A DNA stretch of 64,000 nt. Origin: Desulfurivibrionaceae bacterium (GTDB taxonomy: Bacteria > Desulfobacterota > Desulfobulbia > Desulfobulbales > JAGXFP01). Positions 27,854 through 35,730 of this stretch are shown piece after piece; positions within the stretch are counted from its first letter, which is position 1, and every line of letters begins with the position of its first letter. The DNA is taken from contig JAWOIQ010000093.1 in NCBI GenBank assembly GCA_046484585.1, positions 909 through 64,908 of the forward strand, read 5' to 3'. Both the position numbers and the translations under genes were made by a program. The notes beneath the pieces are model-generated. The model did no database searches. It had not been told where the DNA came from and worked only from the letters and a program-made list of their open reading frames with translations.

Positions 27854-28111
27854 CTAGAAACCTAGCTCTCCATCTTCAATTTGTAATGCTTCAGAAAGGG
27901 CTAATGCATTTCGGAGCATAAATGAACCGTAAGCGGTAGCCAGCTCAAGTAAGTGTTCGGCAGCGCCTGGGCTCCATTCTCCTTTGCTGACAAGTAAATC
28001 CATAATCTCGCCATCTGCGAATTTCGATCGCTCCGATATTTTGCTCACTGATTGTTTGAGCAAAGTATGGTACTCGTCGATAAGGCCATTAATCTCAGTA
28101 CATGTATTCAT
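27854..28111 (-). CDS. hypothetical protein (85 aa), no recognisable domain
   Basis: ORF lies 23 nt downstream of the HNH_2 gene on the same strand and is AT-rich like its neighbours. Coding status is inferred from context only. Confidence 0.45.
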   Translation of the reverse strand: MNTCTEINGLIDEYHTLLKQSVSKISERSKFADGEIMDLLVSKGEWSPGAAEHLLELATAYGSFMLRNALALSEALQIEDGELGF

Positions 28112-28134
28112 ATCCGTTCCCTGATGATCGTTTA

Positions 28135-28932
28135 TTATTCATTAAAGACAGTATGTTGGTGCCATTCAAGATAAGATGTCAATGGTAGGAATTTTCGGGG
28201 TTTGATAATTTCCGCGCCATGATAGAAACAAATCAGATCGCTTGTTCTCCTGTCTCCAGAGGTTAGTAGTTTTGATGAGACGGCGACACGCAATTGGTTT
28301 GTTATTGTAAGAAACCCACGATCAAACAAACGATCAAATGTAGCACTTAGGCATAAACCGTTATGTGGATCCGTTCGATGCTCTTCAGAAACACTCCATG
28401 GTATAATGTGGCTCGCCACCAGACATTCTTTAATCCGTAATCCTGTAATACAACATGTATTTTCGTAACTACTGAGAATTGCCTCACGAAAAAATGATTG
28501 ATGGGTACGTGTTTTTTGAGGCGTGATTTTCTCAGATGGTCCTTTGGGGCGATTTACATCAGCCTGAATTTCTTCTTTCGTTATTGTCCTTAAACCCAAC
28601 TCGCCTTTCAACTGCTCAGCTTCTGAGACAAGCTGATTCCAATCTTTATGAAATTCTTCCCATATTTTACGATCCAGTTTGCTGGAGTGAGAAAGCCCAG
28701 ACACTTTTTGTCTGCTAAGCTCTGGATCAAGAGAACCAAAATTACCTAACTTCCTAGCAATGCTTGCCGGTGAACGTTTTATAAGATTAGCGAGTTCAAT
28801 TACATCAGGATTGTTTGCTTTGGTTTTCTTGAAAGGGATACGGCAGTAAAGATCAAACGCGAGAATCAATTCTTCGCGCGTCCAAGGAGCACCATATTTT
28901 TCTGGGTTGCCATGTATAATCATTTGTCTCAA
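28135..28932 (-). CDS. HNH_2-type (COG3183-like) putative restriction endonuclease
   Basis: 265 aa. N-terminal GAPWTREELILAFDLY...SPASIARKLGNFGSLDP. C-terminal CCITGL...ASHIIPWS...DPHNGLCLSATFDRLFDRGFLTI. Confidence 0.75.
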   Translation of the reverse strand: MRQMIIHGNPEKYGAPWTREELILAFDLYCRIPFKKTKANNPDVIELANLIKRSPASIARKLGNFGSLDPELSRQKVSGLSHSSKLDRKIWEEFHKDWNQLVSEAEQLKGELGLRTITKEEIQADVNRPKGPSEKITPQKTRTHQSFFREAILSSYENTCCITGLRIKECLVASHIIPWSVSEEHRTDPHNGLCLSATFDRLFDRGFLTITNQLRVAVSSKLLTSGDRRTSDLICFYHGAEIIKPRKFLPLTSYLEWHQHTVFNE

Positions 28933-30068
28933 TGGCTAATTATATTGGTCAATTTAGTTCTATGTGTTGGGGAGCTGTCGGGAAAACTTTGAAATCGTGC
29001 TGCTTCCCTGTGAGTGATTGGCCTGTGCTGCTCGGGGTGCAAATAGCGGCCTTTTTCAGGTTTATAGAATTCGGTGCGTATCGTAACGGAAGGCCTGTTC
29101 CACCAGAGTCGGCCAAACAAATCAGTTCCTCCTGATTGTTTCCGAATCCAACATTGAGGCGTTAACTCAGGAGCAATACGTTGTAAGTCAAAACGATTCA
29201 TCCCTTCACGAGGTATTGCCCTATATCTTTTCCGACTGAGTTCGGTTGGATTCCTCCCGAAGTGTAAATCCAACGGAGGATCAATATTTCTAATTTCAGT
29301 CCCTTCCGGAGAAGGTAAATCAGCAATAGCGTCTTTTACTGTTTTCCATTTAGGGGGTGTTGACAGATATTCCTCCCTATTGAAGGGAAGTGTTAACGCC
29401 TTTCCGTTGCCATTGGGATTAAAATGAGTTTTTCGGGGTGGAAACAAAATGGATGGATCTGCGAATTTACAACCGATTATGAAAGCTCTGGTACGAGTTT
29501 GAGGAACCCCGTAATCCGCAGCAATTAATTTGTCCTGCCAGACTTGGAAGCCGAGAGACCTTGCTGCTTCGACAATTTCACCATTCTCAAAGGTCCCAAG
29601 CAACTGAGGAACATTCTCCATGACAAAAATTGATGCCTCAGATCTTTCGACAACCTCTAAATAAGGTCGCCACAACTCTTTTCGTGGGTCATTTTCACGA
29701 TTTTTGTTTAAGAGACTGAAACCCTGGCAAGGAGGTCCACCAATTACAACATCAGCTTTGGGGATTTCAATTTTGCTTTGTTTGAGTATTTCGACAATGT
29801 CGCCTGCAACACTATGTGGGCCGAAATTTTCATTGTACGTGTTAACGCAAAATTGATTAAAGTCGTTTGCCCAAACGGATTGAAAAGGTTGTCCAAAAAC
29901 CTCGGAGAAACCTAACGACATCCCGCCCGCCCCTGAAAATAGGTCTATAAGGCGATATCGGTGCGGATTTTGTAGTAGCTCACCTGAGCATCGAGAATGG
30001 TAAGTCGCTTCGTCTTCTTTTAAAATAAAAGATTTGTCTATTTCTATCGTATTTTCAGTTTGATACAT
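28929..30068 (-). CDS. DNA (cytosine-5)-methyltransferase with divergent/short C-terminus
   Basis: 379 aa with motif I DLFSGAGGMSLGF, motif IV GGPPCQGFS, motif VI ENV and motif VIII QTRTRAFIIG. The C-terminus is ...FQSFPDSSPTHRTKLTNIISH* (TNII where GNAV is expected). ATGA overlap with the HNH_2 gene. Confidence 0.85.
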   Translation of the reverse strand: MYQTENTIEIDKSFILKEDEATYHSRCSGELLQNPHRYRLIDLFSGAGGMSLGFSEVFGQPFQSVWANDFNQFCVNTYNENFGPHSVAGDIVEILKQSKIEIPKADVVIGGPPCQGFSLLNKNRENDPRKELWRPYLEVVERSEASIFVMENVPQLLGTFENGEIVEAARSLGFQVWQDKLIAADYGVPQTRTRAFIIGCKFADPSILFPPRKTHFNPNGNGKALTLPFNREEYLSTPPKWKTVKDAIADLPSPEGTEIRNIDPPLDLHFGRNPTELSRKRYRAIPREGMNRFDLQRIAPELTPQCWIRKQSGGTDLFGRLWWNRPSVTIRTEFYKPEKGRYLHPEQHRPITHREAARFQSFPDSSPTHRTKLTNIISH

Positions 30069-30168
30069 GTCTTATGCGCCTTATCGGTTGAATCTTTAAA
30101 AATTGTTTTTGATTCTACCATTTTGGGCAAAATTTTCATCTCAGTAATTCTGGGGTTGGTGGACGAAT

Positions 30169-30235
30169 GCTGAGTTGAGTCCCGCAAAGCGGGACTCGTA
30201 CGAAACTTATGCCCTGTGGGTATAAAGCGAAGCAA
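30169..30235 (-). repeat. R1 dispersed repeat, copy 3 (alternative stem TCCCGC-TTT-GCGGGA)
   Basis: The minus-strand sequence is TTGCTTCGCTTTATACCCACAGGGCATAAGTTTCGTACGAGTCCCGCTTTGCGGGACTCAACTCAGC. Ends 100 nt upstream of the MTase ATG 30068. Confidence 0.85.
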
Positions 30236-30372
30236 CCCGGCATTCGATTGTCTGTTGGGCTAAACCGCCAAGGAGAAGGTTGCTAAGCGCCCAGCAATCT
30301 GCACTGAATACGTAACGGGACGGAGTTAGTTTAACAACTTAATTTCATTAGTATAGGATTGTTCGCTTTTCC

Positions 30373-30687
30373 CTACGCATGATTGGGTAGGGTTGAATGA
30401 AAAAGAGGCTTCACGTTTTTCCATGTTTTTGAGTCATTTGCAGCGTGCCATAAATCATAATTTTTTTGGAGATTCAACCATAACTCAGGAGTAGTACCAA
30501 AAGCTCGCGATAACCGTAAAGCCATGTCCGGCGTGACTGCCCCTCGACAGTTGATAATTTTTGACAATGTCTTCCTGGACACACCAAGAGTTGACGCAAT
30601 ATCCTGTATAGTTACAGATAGTGGCTTTAAATAATCTTCTTTCAAAATAATGCCGGGGTGGGTTGGTTGTCTTTTCATTGTAACCAT
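30373..30687 (-). CDS. higA: HigA-type antitoxin (XRE HTH)
   Basis: Track ORF is 30373..30807. ATG 30687 is preferred because AGGAGG lies 7 nt upstream. HPGIILKEDYLKPLSVTIQDIASTLGVSRKTLSKIIN... Confidence 0.85.
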   Translation of the reverse strand: MVTMKRQPTHPGIILKEDYLKPLSVTIQDIASTLGVSRKTLSKIINCRGAVTPDMALRLSRAFGTTPELWLNLQKNYDLWHAANDSKTWKNVKPLFHSTLPNHA

Positions 30688-30697
30688 GAGACACCTC

Positions 30698-30976
30698 CTA
30701 ATGATAGTCGTCGTAATCGACAATATATGCGTCACCATCTTCGAATTCGAAAATGACACGCCAATTTCCAGAAACTCGGACTGAATATTGATCTTTTCGG
30801 TCACCACTCAGTGCATGCAGGTTTGATCCTGGATAATTCATATCTCTCAAATCATTTGCGGCATTTAGCCGATCCAAAATTCTTTCCAGCTTCCCAGCAT
30901 GTTCAGGTTTTATGCCTTTCTTTGTTCCGGCATAGAAAAACTGCTCAAGCCCTTTATGTTTAAATGATTTGATCAT
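30698..30976 (-). CDS. higB: HigB-type toxin (RelE/ParE superfamily, plasmid-killer family)
   Basis: MIKSFKHKGLEQFF...LHALSGDRKDQYSVRVSGNWRVIFEFEDGDAYIVDYDDYH. The track start 30982 is a TTG; ATG 30976 is preferred. Confidence 0.85.
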   Translation of the reverse strand: MIKSFKHKGLEQFFYAGTKKGIKPEHAGKLERILDRLNAANDLRDMNYPGSNLHALSGDRKDQYSVRVSGNWRVIFEFEDGDAYIVDYDDYH

Positions 30977-30984
30977 GTACAATT

Positions 30985-31001
30985 GTAACCATGCGGGTTA
31001 C
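30985..31001. promoter_or_regulatory. palindrome GTAACC-N5-GGTTAC just upstream of higB (candidate HigA operator)
   Basis: Perfect 6 bp inverted repeat 9 nt upstream of ATG 30976. Confidence 0.3.
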
Positions 31002-31483
31002 ATGCGTCAAATTATTATTTTGAAGCGAACAATTTACTGAGCAGGGCTATATCATCCCAAAAGGGGGAAAATACACAAGAATATCCGCTATTGTCTTAAA
31101 CTCGACTCAGACGCTTCATCTTCTTGTAAACTTTTATATATCAAGAAAGGTTATCCCGACAAGCCATTTAGGGAGAGTAACGATTGCTCTATATTGGCCT
31201 GGAAGACGTGGGAACCAACTGTCCTTCGACAAGCTTAAGATGAGCGGTGGTCGTTCGGTGGGGGTCTGCTTCGACAGTCGGTAGATCGGGTTAAAGCGAA
31301 GCGCAACCCCCTATTGTCCGGAAAGGTTGGGGGTTTGCAAGCTCACCCCAATCTTGTATCTATGCTGCTTGGATGGGCGGGTTCATCTTTCGACGGGTTG
31401 GGGATGCCCGCCGAAAACGGAAGCATGATTCCAGGTTATGCGCGGTAGGTTCTTCTGTTTCTTGGGAAATATTAAAGCGTTGT

Positions 31484-32539
31484 TCAGTTGCGGCCGGCCA
31501 GCTGGCCGCAGGCGGCCGAGATGTCGCTGCCTCGGCTTGATCGGATGAAAACCGTGAAGCCGGCCTTGATCAAAATCTCCTGGAAGGCTTCGCATTTTGC
31601 CCGGGGCGGGCATTTGTAGTCTGAATCGGGACTTTCGTTATAGGGCAGGAGGTTGATCTTGCATCTGATTCCCTTGAGTTGTCTCGCCAGTTGCCGGGCA
31701 TCGGCCTCCGAGTCGTTCACCCCTTCGATCATGATATACTCGAACATGATCATCCGCCGTTTCGGCAAGGGGAAATCCCGGCAGGCCTCAAGGAGTTGCT
31801 CGACCGGATATTTACGGTTGACCGGCATCAGTCTGCTTCTGACCTCGTCGTCGACGCTGTGCAGCGAAACGGCCAGGTTGACCGGGGCTTTTTCCCCCAG
31901 TTCCCGCATCTTCGGGACCAGCCCGCAGGTGGAGACCGTTACCTTGCGGCCCGAGAAATCGAGGCCGCGCTGGTCCATGATGATCTCCAGGGCGGTGATC
32001 AGGTTGTCGAAATTGGCCAGCGGTTCGCCCATCCCCATGAAGACCAGGTTGTTGATGCAGCCGCTTTTCTTGTCGCCGCTGCAGCACATCTCCTCATCCA
32101 TGTCGTTGATCACTGTACAGATCTGGTTGACGATTTCGGCGGGTGTGAGGTTCCTCCTGAAGCCCAAGGTGGCGGTCAGGCAGAAGTCGCAGCCCATGGC
32201 GCAGCCGACCTGGGAGGAAACGCAGAGGGTATTGCGGTCTTCCTCCGGGATCAGGACCGACTCGATAATCTCGCCGTCATCGAGCCGGAAGGCGTATTTG
32301 ACGGTGCCGTCCTCGGATTTTTCCTTTTTGGCAATGGTGTGCAGGCTTATCCTTGCCGTTTCGGAAAGTTTCGCCCGCAGCTCTTTTTTCAGATCGGTCA
32401 TCTGGGAAAATTCGGTGATATCGGGGCGGTACAGCCAGTTGAAGATCTGCCGGCCATGAAATGCCGGCAGCTTAAACTCCCGCTGGAGGTAGTCCAGGAG
32501 CTGCCCCTGGGTGAAATTTTTTAAGTCAACTTTATCCAT
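31484..32539 (-). CDS. rlmN: 23S rRNA/tRNA adenine-C2 methyltransferase (radical SAM)
   Basis: 351 aa with FHGRQIFNWLY, radical SAM CAMGCDFC and a GMGEPL motif. Confidence 0.9.
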   Translation of the reverse strand: MDKVDLKNFTQGQLLDYLQREFKLPAFHGRQIFNWLYRPDITEFSQMTDLKKELRAKLSETARISLHTIAKKEKSEDGTVKYAFRLDDGEIIESVLIPEEDRNTLCVSSQVGCAMGCDFCLTATLGFRRNLTPAEIVNQICTVINDMDEEMCCSGDKKSGCINNLVFMGMGEPLANFDNLITALEIIMDQRGLDFSGRKVTVSTCGLVPKMRELGEKAPVNLAVSLHSVDDEVRSRLMPVNRKYPVEQLLEACRDFPLPKRRMIMFEYIMIEGVNDSEADARQLARQLKGIRCKINLLPYNESPDSDYKCPPRAKCEAFQEILIKAGFTVFIRSSRGSDISAACGQLAGRN

Positions 32540-32544
32540 TGAAA

Positions 32545-33414
32545 TTATAAGGCTCTCAGGTGCTCGGGTTTCAGGGCGATTTCGCCTTGCATAGCCTGTT
32601 GGATAGCGGCCAAAACGGCATCGCGATCCTTCGGCAGCCGACAGTTGATCGGCAGGTAGTTTGAGGCATGGTTGGCCTGGAGCTGCATCCGGTCGGTCTC
32701 GATATTTTCGACGATCAGGTAGAGTTCCCTGAGAAGACCGGTCTGGTCAGGCAGGGCGAATTCGTTTCTTTCCGCTTGTTCGAAAAGAGGGGTGTTGGGG
32801 AGGAGCATCAGGGTAAGGATGCCGACCTGGCTGGGCTGCATCGCCGAGATCGCCCGGCCGGTTGCCACGGCATGCGCAGCGGAATTTTCGATGCCGGCGA
32901 CACCCAACAGAACGGTTACCGACAGGAATAGTCCCGCCCGCCCGATCAGGCGGCCGGCTTCGATCTGTTTCGCCACATCGACTCCCTTGTCGATTGCCGA
33001 AAGGGTAGGGTCGTGGCCGCTTTCCAGTCCCATATAGACCCGGGCCAGGCCTAGCTCCTTGAGTTGCCGCAGCTCCGCTTCGCTTTTCCGGATAATGTTT
33101 TTCGCGTTGCCGTATAGGGCGATCCGGTTTACCCAGGGCAGCCGGGCCCTTATTTCAGTCAGGAGGTCGACGAGTTTTTTCTGGGGCAGGCTGAGGACAT
33201 CGCCGTCGGCCAGAAAAACCCGCTTTTGCCTTTGGCAATAGCGGGCGGCAAAATCGAGGTCTTTGTCGACAATCCGCTCATCTTTCAGGCGGAACAGCTG
33301 ATCCCGGTAAGTGCCGCAGAAGGCGCACCTGTTATGGGAGCAGCCGACCGTGACCTGAAGAATGATGCTGTCGGCCTCGCTGGGCGGCCTGATCACATTG
33401 CCTTCGTAATTCAT
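32545..33414 (-). CDS. radical SAM protein, function unknown
   Basis: 289 aa with the radical SAM motif GCSHNRCAFCGTY. Confidence 0.75.
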   Translation of the reverse strand: MNYEGNVIRPPSEADSIILQVTVGCSHNRCAFCGTYRDQLFRLKDERIVDKDLDFAARYCQRQKRVFLADGDVLSLPQKKLVDLLTEIRARLPWVNRIALYGNAKNIIRKSEAELRQLKELGLARVYMGLESGHDPTLSAIDKGVDVAKQIEAGRLIGRAGLFLSVTVLLGVAGIENSAAHAVATGRAISAMQPSQVGILTLMLLPNTPLFEQAERNEFALPDQTGLLRELYLIVENIETDRMQLQANHASNYLPINCRLPKDRDAVLAAIQQAMQGEIALKPEHLRAL

Positions 33415-33438
33415 CGGGCCGTAATCGGAGTGGAAGGA

Positions 33439-34518
33439 TTAATTGTTTTTCTCGAATTCCTTCATAAAGGCGATCAGTTTTTCAACGCCCTCACGGGGAA
33501 AGGCGTTGTAGATCGAAGCGCGGCAGCCGCCTACGGATCGATGTCCCTTCAGGCCGTCAAAACCCCTGGCGGTTGCTTCCGTAATGAATTTGGCTTCCAG
33601 TTCGGGGGTGGGCAGGTTGAAAGTGATGTTCATCAGCGACCGGGACGATTCCAGGGCGTGGCCGCGATAGAAATCGGTTCCGTCGATGGCATTGTACAAG
33701 AGGGCCGCCTTTTCACGGTTGATCTCTTCGATAGCGGCGATCCCGCCGAGTTTTTTCAGCCACTTCAAGACAAGCCCGATCACATGGATCGAGAAACAGG
33801 GAGGAGTATTGAACATCGATCCCGTGTCGGCGTGGGTCTTGTAGCGGAACATGGTCGGGATGTTCTCGGGAGTCCGGTCGAGCAGGTCTTCCCGAATTAT
33901 TACCACCGCGCAACCGGCGGGGCCCATATTCTTCTGGGCGCCGGCAAAAATCAGGCCGAATTTGCTGAAATCGACGGGTTTAGACATGATATCGGAGGAC
34001 ATGTCGCAGACCAGCATCTTGTCGGTCTTGGGCAACTCTTGAAACTGGGTGCCGTAAATCGTGTTGTTGGAAACGTAGTAGAGATATTCCGCGTCATCGT
34101 CCACCTGGTAAGCCTCACTGGACGGAACATGGTTGAAGACGCTCTCCTTGCTGCTGTAGGCGACCTGCACCTCGCCGAAAAATTTCGCTTCTTTGATGGC
34201 CTTGTTCGACCAGGTGCCGGTGTTCAGGTAGGCCGCTTTTTTCCCGGGTCTGAGGAGATTCATCGGCACCATGGCAAACTGGGTGGAAGCACCGCCCTGC
34301 AGAAAAAGAACCTTGAAGTTATCGGGAACCCGCAGGAGTTCACGCACCAGGGCCTCGGCCTCCTCGGCCACCGCCATGAACTCTTTGCTGCGATGGCTCA
34401 TTTCGATCAGACCGATGCCCTTATCATTGAAATTCACCACATCTTTGGCGGCCTGCTCCAAAACCTCAAGGGGCAGGGTGCCGGGGCCGGCACTGAAATT
34501 AAATATTCTGTCTGGCAT
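33439..34518 (-). CDS. serC: phosphoserine aminotransferase
   Basis: 359 aa. FNFSAGPGTLP, the GGASTQF region and overall SerC-like sequence. GGAGGAAG RBS. Confidence 0.92.
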   Translation of the reverse strand: MPDRIFNFSAGPGTLPLEVLEQAAKDVVNFNDKGIGLIEMSHRSKEFMAVAEEAEALVRELLRVPDNFKVLFLQGGASTQFAMVPMNLLRPGKKAAYLNTGTWSNKAIKEAKFFGEVQVAYSSKESVFNHVPSSEAYQVDDDAEYLYYVSNNTIYGTQFQELPKTDKMLVCDMSSDIMSKPVDFSKFGLIFAGAQKNMGPAGCAVVIIREDLLDRTPENIPTMFRYKTHADTGSMFNTPPCFSIHVIGLVLKWLKKLGGIAAIEEINREKAALLYNAIDGTDFYRGHALESSRSLMNITFNLPTPELEAKFITEATARGFDGLKGHRSVGGCRASIYNAFPREGVEKLIAFMKEFEKNN

Positions 34519-34540
34519 TACTTCCTCCGGGAAAATATAT

Positions 34541-34596
34541 AGCTGAGTTGAGCAGCTTGTCTGCTCGTACGAAAACTTAAGATCTGTGGGTATATA
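34541..34596 (-). repeat. R1 dispersed repeat, copy 4
   Basis: The minus-strand sequence is TATATACCCACAGATCTTAAGTTTTCGTACGAGCAGACAAGCTGCTCAACTCAGCT. Ends 22 nt upstream of the serC ATG, abutting its RBS. Confidence 0.85.
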
Positions 34597-34669
34597 AAAA
34601 ATCGGCTTGCTTCAAAATCGCAAATAAACGTATTAAAATAACCTATAGCGCCTGATTTTGCAAAAAATA

Positions 34670-34728
34670 TCGTAAGCGAGCACAGGGCGCCGAATCGCTG
34701 TGTCATCGGTACCCCGTGATCGGTTACA
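34670..34728 (+). repeat. R4 short repeat, copy 1
   Basis: CGTAAGCGAGCACAGGGCGCCGAATCGCTGTGTCATCGGTAC... A near-identical block lies at 42293-42337. Contains a CACAG...CTGTG inverted repeat. Confidence 0.7.
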
Positions 34729-35048
34729 CATATCGTCTATATGCCGATATAACCTGAAATCTTAATTCGTATCGGCCATTGGGGGTACCCTCTATCAACC
34801 TGTAATTGCTTGCTTATCTATCCTTGAGCCCTGGGGGATTGCACCCACCGCCTTTCAGGCGCGGTTTCAGAGGAGAAATCCCGCCGTGGACTTTTTCCTG
34901 ATTATAATCGGGTTTTTTGATATAATAGTTTGAAGGAAAAGAAAAATAAAAGATTTCCATTTACCGCTATTTGTTTTAGTATTTACTCCCAACTATAAAT
35001 AGGTGGAAACGGGCCGCCTCTGAAAAATCCATCAACTTGTTCGCCTGA

Positions 35049-35465
35049 ATGGGCGGCTTAATCATCAAAGATGATCTGATGAACAGACAAATCCTGATAG
35101 TCGATGACAACAAGCAGATCCGCAACATGCTTAGCGAGGCTTTCACCCAGCAGGGTTATCAGGTTGCCTGTGCCGGCAATGCCAAGGAAGCCCTGGCAAT
35201 TCTAAGTCCGGAAATAAAAGTCATGTTTCTGGATTTAAAATTACCGGGCAAGATAAGCGGGGTTGAACTCTGTCGTGAAATCAAAAGGGAACATCCTTCT
35301 TCCATTATTTTTGCGATGACCGGACACTCCTCGCTTTTTGAACTGGCCGATTGCCGAAAAGCCGGTTTTGACGATTACTTTACAAAGCCTACCCGGCTGG
35401 AGATGCTTTTTATGACCGCGGAACAGGCTTTCACGCGGATCGAGGCCGAAAGTAAAAATGCATAA
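35049..35465 (+). CDS. stand-alone response regulator receiver
   Basis: 138 aa with ILIVDDN, FLDLKLPG and TKP. ATG 35079 (MNRQILIVDD) is an equally plausible start. Confidence 0.8.
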   Translation: MGGLIIKDDLMNRQILIVDDNKQIRNMLSEAFTQQGYQVACAGNAKEALAILSPEIKVMFLDLKLPGKISGVELCREIKREHPSSIIFAMTGHSSLFELADCRKAGFDDYFTKPTRLEMLFMTAEQAFTRIEAESKNA

Positions 35466-35574
35466 GCGCCTGAAAACAAGTAGTTTTCTGCTTGCTGTTA
35501 TTTCTGAATAGATCAAGATCTCCCTTTTTCTCATCGTTTACCATTTCCTAAATTTCTCGCTTACTTTATATTAT

Positions 35575-35730
35575 CCTGAATCCGTGAGCGTTCGAGAACG
35601 CCGCAGATGCACCGTTATCGGGCGCCCCGCGGGCGGCGGAGTGAATCCATGGCGACCCAGGCAAAAATGATTATCTGATGAAATTACAAATCGATAAAGA
35701 GCAATTTCCCACTAAGCCGTCACGGATTCA
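35575..35730 (+). mobile_element. R3 MITE-like element, copy A (about 156 bp, 13 bp terminal inverted repeats CCTGAATCCGTGA)
   Basis: Left end CCTGAATCCGTGAGCGTTCGAGAAC, right end GCCGTCACGGATTCA. Collinear with 44836-45055. No coding capacity. Confidence 0.7.
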
